A stretch of DNA of 64,000 bases from a virus. The stretch is taken from IMG/VR virus record IMGVR_UViG_3300030503_000287. One strand, 5' to 3'. The notes under the pieces were generated by a model that was given only the letters and a program-made list of their open reading frames with translations, searched no databases and had not been told where the DNA came from. This document shows, in pieces, positions 61,531-64,000 of this stretch. A program made the position numbers and the translations under genes. Numbering within the stretch: the stretch's first letter is position 1; the number at the start of each line of letters is the position of its first letter.

Positions 61531-62655
61531 TTATTTTCGTTTTGGAAGTTTGCGTTTTGATAAATCTGAGAGTGAACCAATAGAGCGCTCTTTAGCAAGC
61601 ATTGACGAGGGTTCCCATGTGGATATGGAGGTTAAGGATGGAATTCCGTGCTCGTATCTCGCAGCGAAGGATTCATGGCAAATTAAGATTTCATCACGCC
61701 GCTCAGTTTTTTCTGTAAATGAGCGATATGGTTTTCTAATTTTTGGAGAAGAAATATGGGATTTTGAATTTTCAAATAAAATTGAAAATGCTTCAGTCAT
61801 GCGAACAGGTGAGGATATGGGATTTTTATTTATATCGAAAACTAAAACGAGATTTTTTGAAAAACCATTCTTGATATTATTACGTTTTGCATTCTCAATA
61901 TTATCAGAAAAATTATTAGAAGAATATGAAACATACCCCAGCGTTCGATACCAGTCAAAAACTTCATAATATTCAGGATCTTTAAAATCTTGAATAAGCG
62001 ATATCGTATTATGGTTAAAACTATTTTGATTGCGATATCGTACTCTGGTAAGGTTCCATCTCTGTAGTTCAGAGAACGCTACACGCGGCTGTTTATAGTC
62101 ACTGTCTGGCACTATGTGCCATGTAGCTCTAAGCCGGTGGGAAATGATTTGGGCATAGAACCAGTTCGCATTCAGGGTACTGTCAGTATATTGGATACAT
62201 TCTGATATGGTTAAAAGAGGATTGTCTTTCTGTTCTTGTTCGGTAAGGTGATAGCGCGGTGGGTGAATACGTTGCTCAGTGTCAGACTTCTGAATTTTAA
62301 CGATATTAAATTCAGAAGGACAAGTCGATGGAATATTTACATTAAATAATTTTGGAATAGGTGTTAATAGGATATGGTCCTTAATGAGAGAGTCGTCATC
62401 GTTTAAGGGGGTGGTATCTGGAGGCGTCCAATGATCAGGGTTAAGAAGATAGTACTTGTCTAATTCAATATTGGAAAGAAGATCAGACTTAGCCTGAAGG
62501 CGTTCTAAACGACCATTTTCCGCCAGCGCCGATTGATACTCACGTGACCATAAGGACGGTATAGAACGCTCTAGATTAGGCGTAGAGCGTTGTTCTCGCG
62601 TGTATTTGATCTCCAACGCACGTAGTCTATTAAGTTCTGTCTGTTTGTGTGTCAT
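61531..62655 (-). CDS. hypothetical protein (low-GC island)
   Basis: 374-aa ORF. Motifs RIHPPRY and HRLRATWHIVPD parallel KINYRPP and HHLRA...LIVVPD of the 59500 gene. Confidence 0.55.
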   Translation of the reverse strand: MTHKQTELNRLRALEIKYTREQRSTPNLERSIPSLWSREYQSALAENGRLERLQAKSDLLSNIELDKYYLLNPDHWTPPDTTPLNDDDSLIKDHILLTPIPKLFNVNIPSTCPSEFNIVKIQKSDTEQRIHPPRYHLTEQEQKDNPLLTISECIQYTDSTLNANWFYAQIISHRLRATWHIVPDSDYKQPRVAFSELQRWNLTRVRYRNQNSFNHNTISLIQDFKDPEYYEVFDWYRTLGYVSYSSNNFSDNIENAKRNNIKNGFSKNLVLVFDINKNPISSPVRMTEAFSILFENSKSHISSPKIRKPYRSFTEKTERRDEILICHESFAARYEHGIPSLTSISTWEPSSMLAKERSIGSLSDLSKRKLPKRK

Positions 62656-62734
62656 GTTTTATTATGACATAACAAACCAAATCCCTCAGCGTACAGAAAT
62701 TATAGTTTATGCGCATAAGTAGATATAAGATAGA

Positions 62735-62762
62735 TAAAAAAGACCAGCCATTTCTGGCTGGT
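62735..62762 (-). terminator. intrinsic terminator
   Basis: Minus strand reads ACCAGCC-AGAAAU-GGCUGGU followed by CUUUUUUAUC, just after the stop at 62769. Confidence 0.7.
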
Positions 62763-62768
62763 TATGGT

Positions 62769-63005
62769 TTATGCGCACAAAATTTTACGCACTCCCATTG
62801 AAGTATTAAGGAGTAGGTATTTAGTTTCTCTATTTGTTTTAATTTTAGAAATTTTATCTTTTGCATCCTGAACGTTATCAGCATAAATAGATATTTTTCT
62901 GTATGAACCGCCGTGTGTACCTAATGTTTCGATTAACACTTCATATGACTTCTTAATCATTTTGGATATCCTTTCCATATATACCATGCTCCGAATATTA
63001 ACCAT
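62769..63005 (-). CDS. hypothetical protein
   Basis: 78-aa ORF. Several candidate starts. Confidence 0.45.
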   Translation of the reverse strand: MVNIRSMVYMERISKMIKKSYEVLIETLGTHGGSYRKISIYADNVQDAKDKISKIKTNRETKYLLLNTSMGVRKILCA

Positions 63006-63057
63006 ACGATTAATATGGTAATCGGAATTATTGGGTGAGATAACAGATAGTCAATCA

Positions 63058-63468
63058 TTAGTAATCTATCCTTATCTTTCCTCTGTAGATATAGGGATCT
63101 TGTTCGTCAGCTTTATGACTGGCGAGAGTTAATCTGTCCCTCTGTTCTTGACTGTAGTAGTCATCAGAACGGTCCCAGAAGCCCACTCCGTGTCGATTAC
63201 GAGTTAACCAGTAGTCATGACCAGCCTGTTCTAAGGTAGCTCCACACTCACCTAAATCTTCAGAATTCGCAGATTGGAATGTTGCACAATCCTTTATGAT
63301 CAATTTCAAAGTGCGTTTTTCAATATCTAATATTGAGTAATTCGCATCCATAGGTTCGGGATTATGGATTGTGACATTATCTACTTTACTCCAATCCTGA
63401 CTTGACCATAACATTGCAACACAATATGCGGTTGTGAATTTATCTAACTCTAAGCCTTTAACTTGCAT
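63058..63468 (-). CDS. hypothetical protein
   Basis: 136 aa with GHDYWLTRNRHGVGFWDR motif. Confidence 0.55.
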   Translation of the reverse strand: MQVKGLELDKFTTAYCVAMLWSSQDWSKVDNVTIHNPEPMDANYSILDIEKRTLKLIIKDCATFQSANSEDLGECGATLEQAGHDYWLTRNRHGVGFWDRSDDYYSQEQRDRLTLASHKADEQDPYIYRGKIRIDY

Positions 63469-63796
63469 TGAATGTTTTCCTTAATTCTGGATTGTTAGGC
63501 CATGTCGGACTTGATTCGCAATGATTTGGCCTGTTTGCAATTTGACCCTTCTTCGTGACATAGAACAACGTGTGTGCCAACCAGTCTTTGTCGTCGGCAA
63601 ATTGTACCGGGTTATTTGACTTAACCCATGCCGGTTTGTGAATACCTGTATATCTATGTACAAACATGGATAAAACTTCTTTTTGAAGTTGAGGCGGCAA
63701 ATCCTTACCTAATACTTGCATCATATATTCTCCTATCCAAAAATAAATATTGCCACTGCTAGCATTATGAACATGCTGAATGCAGTAAGACAACAT
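63458..63796 (-). CDS. hypothetical protein
   Basis: 112-aa ORF. Confidence 0.5.
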   Translation of the reverse strand: MLSYCIQHVHNASSGNIYFWIGEYMMQVLGKDLPPQLQKEVLSMFVHRYTGIHKPAWVKSNNPVQFADDKDWLAHTLFYVTKKGQIANRPNHCESSPTWPNNPELRKTFNAS

Positions 63797-63825
63797 ATCA
63801 CATTGATTTTTGTAATACTATTCAA

Positions 63826-64000
63826 TTATACTCCTATTACGATTGTTACTTCTTTAAATGAAGCATTGTAGTATCTTGACGCAAGCGATTTGTATTTGGC
63901 CATACGTTCTATTTGCTCGTCGTTAACTGCAATTATTGTTACTTTGGAGTCCATAGATGCTATCCTATCAAATATTCCATCATTAACAATTTCATCATAG
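63826..64000 (-). CDS. hypothetical protein (5' end outside window)
   Basis: Frame open from the window edge to TAA 63828-63826 (...VTIIAVNDEQIERMAKYKSLASRYYNASFKEVTIVIGV). Confidence 0.4.
   Translation of the reverse strand, partial: YDEIVNDGIFDRIASMDSKVTIIAVNDEQIERMAKYKSLASRYYNASFKEVTIVIGV

Noticed and set aside
1-64000. Genome-wide stop-codon reassignment (TAG or TGA), suggested by the in-frame TAG at 14287 and the in-frame TGA at 53757.
   Set aside because: Large genes are uninterrupted under the standard code. TGA and TAG both close many genes at tidy ATGA, TGATG or TAAATG junctions. No tRNA with a CUA or UCA anticodon was found.

Overview
This 64-kb window looks like the interior of a tailed dsDNA phage or prophage, about 40% GC, with no host housekeeping genes, rRNA, CRISPR array or integrase. 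Two gene arms converge near 16.17 kb. The plus-strand arm (1-16156) carries late genes: a 5'-truncated tape measure protein, minor tail and fibre proteins with FN3 and LamG-like domains, an intein-split HNH protein, and a lysis-type cassette of about 55% GC starting with a GH108 endolysin. The minus-strand arm (16181-64000) carries tightly packed early and middle genes. These include nucleotide metabolism (dCMP deaminase, Tmk-like kinase, DHH phosphoesterase, MazG/HisE-like pyrophosphatases, intein-split ThyX). They also include two DNA methyltransferases and a replication module (DnaE-type polymerase, primase-helicase fusion, Sak4-like ATPase, Cas4-like nuclease, SNF2 helicase). The rest are many small ORFs with no recognisable motif. 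The most unusual content is RNA and repeat based. A tRNA/tmRNA island (36.4-39.5 kb) holds a clear one-piece tmRNA with its own tag ORF, canonical tRNA-Leu and tRNA-Trp, and several tRNA-like genes with aberrant or truncated anticodon arms. It also holds an unassigned non-coding stretch of about 465 nt with long helices that pair fully only in the minus-strand transcript. A low-GC island (58.9-62.7 kb) surrounds about 1 kb of non-coding DNA with six 12-bp iterons, nested inverted repeats and a (TA)n tract, which fits an origin-like or packaging element. A 48-bp tandem repeat of about 7.5 copies sits inside a CDS. Several adjacent ORF pairs would fuse or tidy up with a 1-nt change at a homopolymer run. 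Nothing here was checked against databases; all calls rest on motifs I could read in the translations and on hand folding.
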